Shown one piece after another: positions 36,242 to 37,772 of a stretch of DNA of 37,772 nt (position 1 is the stretch's first letter; each line of letters opens with the position of its first letter). Under the pieces are notes generated by a model. That model was not told the origin of the DNA and made no database searches. It saw only the letters and a program-made list of their open reading frames with translations. Source of the DNA: a virus (Duplodnaviria; Heunggongvirae; Uroviricota; Caudoviricetes). The position numbers were made by a program, and so were the translations under genes. Location: IMG/VR virus record IMGVR_UViG_2690316076_000005, positions 1-37,772 of that record; one strand, given 5' to 3'.

Positions 36242-36523
36242 ATGAACACCTTGTTTTTACTGATGGCTGAATTCAATACCCCAAACATTGAACTCTCAGC
36301 AGTTAGCCAAAAGTACTTTGGTATGAGTCCAGCCACGGCAGAAGCAAAAGCAAACGCTTGTAAGTTGCCCGTTCCAACATATCGCATCGGCACATCACAA
36401 AAAGCAAAACGTTGCATCAATATTCAGGATCTTGCGGAATACATAGACAAAAGGCGAGAAGAAGGACGTATCGAGTGGGAACAGGTCAGAACAGTCAAAC
36501 AGAAGGGCAAAGAAAATCACTAA
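36242..36523 (+). CDS. PrtN-like / excisionase-like small DNA-binding protein
   Basis: Start at the ATG with SD ggaga; MNTLFLLMAEFNTPNIELSAVSQKYFGM resembles the PrtN family; last gene of the early-left operon. Confidence 0.5.
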   Translation: MNTLFLLMAEFNTPNIELSAVSQKYFGMSPATAEAKANACKLPVPTYRIGTSQKAKRCINIQDLAEYIDKRREEGRIEWEQVRTVKQKGKENH

Positions 36524-36529
36524 AGAAAA

Positions 36530-36549
36530 AACCCGCCTGAAGGCGGGTT
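36530..36549. terminator. bidirectional intrinsic terminator
   Basis: AACCCGCC-TGAA-GGCGGGTT flanked by an A-run and a T-run, between convergent genes. Confidence 0.75.
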
Positions 36550-36570
36550 TTCAAAAAGCACCAGCTATGA

Positions 36571-36744
36571 TCATGCTGCTTTGAGACGACGAAGCTTACC
36601 CTGCTGCTCTTTACCAGAGACAGTAGCGTGAGTGAACGCATTAGGAGCAGCCTTCATCAGAACTTCAACAGCAGCACCCATACCTACGAATGCTTTCATT
36701 GTGTCGAACTTAACCTGTGGCTTGGTTGCTTTTTGATCTTCCAT
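36571..36744 (-). CDS. small 57-aa ORF, missing from the ORF track
   Basis: Own translation: MEDQKATKPQVKFDTMKAFVGMGAAVEVLMKAAPNAFTHATVSGKEQQGKLRRLKAA; ATG with SD ggag; lies between the candidate toxin gene and the terminator. Confidence 0.35.
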   Translation of the reverse strand: MEDQKATKPQVKFDTMKAFVGMGAAVEVLMKAAPNAFTHATVSGKEQQGKLRRLKAA

Positions 36745-36783
36745 AGAAAACTCCAGAAGTTATACCGAAACAATTCCTGTTGT

Positions 36784-37203
36784 TTACTCATCATCAATAG
36801 ATGATACGCAATATTTATTTTTAAATTTAAGGTTCTTTGGCGTAACTTCATCAGAGATATCAAAACCGTCCAGAATTCTATTGAATGTAGCTTCTGGCAT
36901 ATCATCATGAACAGAAATCTCACCCGATCGCAGCTTTCTAACCATGTTATCCACTCGCCAAATTATAGCTTCAGCGTAAACAACATAACTTGGATGCTTG
37001 ATAAAGCGATGATCACCAGAATTCAAGACGCAAGACGGATCGTGGGGGACACCATCCTTGATACTAGAAATATTAACAACTAAAACACAATAACAATCGT
37101 TAACGGGGTAATAAACAGGATCATTACAAATCACATGAAGATGATTGCATGGTCCAGTTGGGGCAAGCACAGTTCCTTTCCTGTATGGCTGATAATCCGT
37201 CAT
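36784..37203 (-). CDS. unrecognised 139-aa Cys/His-rich protein, candidate toxin/effector partner
   Basis: ATG overlaps the stop of the Panacea-like gene (ATGA); AT-rich; C19/H21/H23/C26/C37/C39 cluster; no motif recognised. Confidence 0.5.
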   Translation of the reverse strand: MTDYQPYRKGTVLAPTGPCNHLHVICNDPVYYPVNDCYCVLVVNISSIKDGVPHDPSCVLNSGDHRFIKHPSYVVYAEAIIWRVDNMVRKLRSGEISVHDDMPEATFNRILDGFDISDEVTPKNLKFKNKYCVSSIDDE

Positions 37204-37772
37204 GATAATTGCAAAGAAAATTCCTTAAGTTTCTGAGATTCTTCCATTTTGCCAATTATGCGATTAGCCTCATCCTCGCTTTTACCCTCACTGATCAGCA
37301 TTTCTTTCAGGTCTATAGGCTTACGAGAATTGCCAGGATCGTGCCACTCTGGACAAACGCTTTCTAAATGCGTCATATTTGCGAGATCAAATCGGTTCAT
37401 ATGCCCATACCGAGAATAGATTTCATCTAAAATCCGGATATCTGCACGACTCAATTCATCAAAGACCTCGTCTGCATCCATTTCCCTCGGATCTGAACGC
37501 AACGATACATTATGCCCGTTCGTCTCTATCAAGTTGTACCAGTAGTCACCAATGCCTTCAGCCTTACCGCGAATCAAGTTCAGCGTATTCGACATGACTG
37601 GTCCAAATTTCATAGAGTAAAGGCTATCTTCGCCGATCATCCTGCCATGCTTCAAAATCGACTGGCGGTTAGACAGATAGAGCAGCTTCATCAATTTCAG
37701 ATATGCCATGCGCCCACCTCTCTTAAGAAGTAGGTATGCAGCCATTTGAGCTACTTTTTCTTCGCAAAACAT
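37200..37772 (-). CDS. Panacea-domain (DUF4065, SocA-like) protein, candidate antitoxin
   Basis: YLKLMKLLYLSNR...SLYSMKFGPV resembles the DUF4065 core (KLQKLLY...W.YGPV); ATG is the last codon of the window, so the 5-prime end may be truncated. Confidence 0.6.
   Translation of the reverse strand: MFCEEKVAQMAAYLLLKRGGRMAYLKLMKLLYLSNRQSILKHGRMIGEDSLYSMKFGPVMSNTLNLIRGKAEGIGDYWYNLIETNGHNVSLRSDPREMDADEVFDELSRADIRILDEIYSRYGHMNRFDLANMTHLESVCPEWHDPGNSRKPIDLKEMLISEGKSEDEANRIIGKMEESQKLKEFSLQLS

Noticed and set aside
36142-36420. 92-aa minus-strand ORF across the exonuclease / PrtN-like junction
   Set aside because: Antisense to two well-supported plus-strand genes, no SD
36696-36923. 75-aa minus-strand ORF overlapping the 3-prime end of the 139-aa gene
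   Set aside because: Alternative frame of AT-rich sequence, no SD, hydrophobic low-complexity translation; the coupled 139-aa frame is preferred
1-37772. CRISPR arrays, tRNA/tmRNA genes, integrase and attachment sites
   Set aside because: No regular repeat-spacer array and no cloverleaf-like tRNA candidate seen by eye in the intergenic regions; no tyrosine or serine integrase ORF in the window (it probably lies beyond 37772). A tRNA could still be missed without a scanner

Overview
This 37.8-kb window is most of a temperate, mosaic enterobacterial prophage (E. coli/Shigella type, resembling the e14 / SfV / CPS-53 / Qin family as recalled from memory; no search was run). All calls rest on reading the supplied ORF translations and the DNA by eye, so non-coding coordinates may be off by 1-2 nt. 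The track translates GTG/TTG starts as M, so several starts were re-placed on internal ATGs with a Shine-Dalgarno (SD). Layout, minus strand unless noted: a dinI-like gene (+) behind two LexA boxes; a remnant DNA invertase; a Mu-like contractile tail module (tfa, fiber, gp48- to gp43-like baseplate genes, tape measure, frameshifted chaperone pair, tube, sheath); an HK97-like head module (connector, capsid, protease, portal, terminase, HNH); a lysis cassette; a Q-like antiterminator; a lambdoid early-right operon (cro, replication gene with internal iterons, Dam methylase, LexA-DNA-binding-domain-only protein, RusA, KilA-N, DUF968); a divergent cI (+) with operators; and an early-left operon (+) with YfdP/Q/R-like genes, an exonuclease and a PrtN-like gene. 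No integrase, tRNA or CRISPR array was seen. The strongest candidate for an undescribed system is an AT-rich, translationally coupled operon at the right edge (36571-37772): a Panacea (DUF4065)-like protein, an unrecognised Cys/His-rich 139-aa protein and a 57-aa ORF. Other cargo candidates are a secreted-protein moron inside the tail operon, a reverse-strand moron between lysis and packaging genes, a 2-TM mini-protein in the head operon, and genes in the rex position beside cI.
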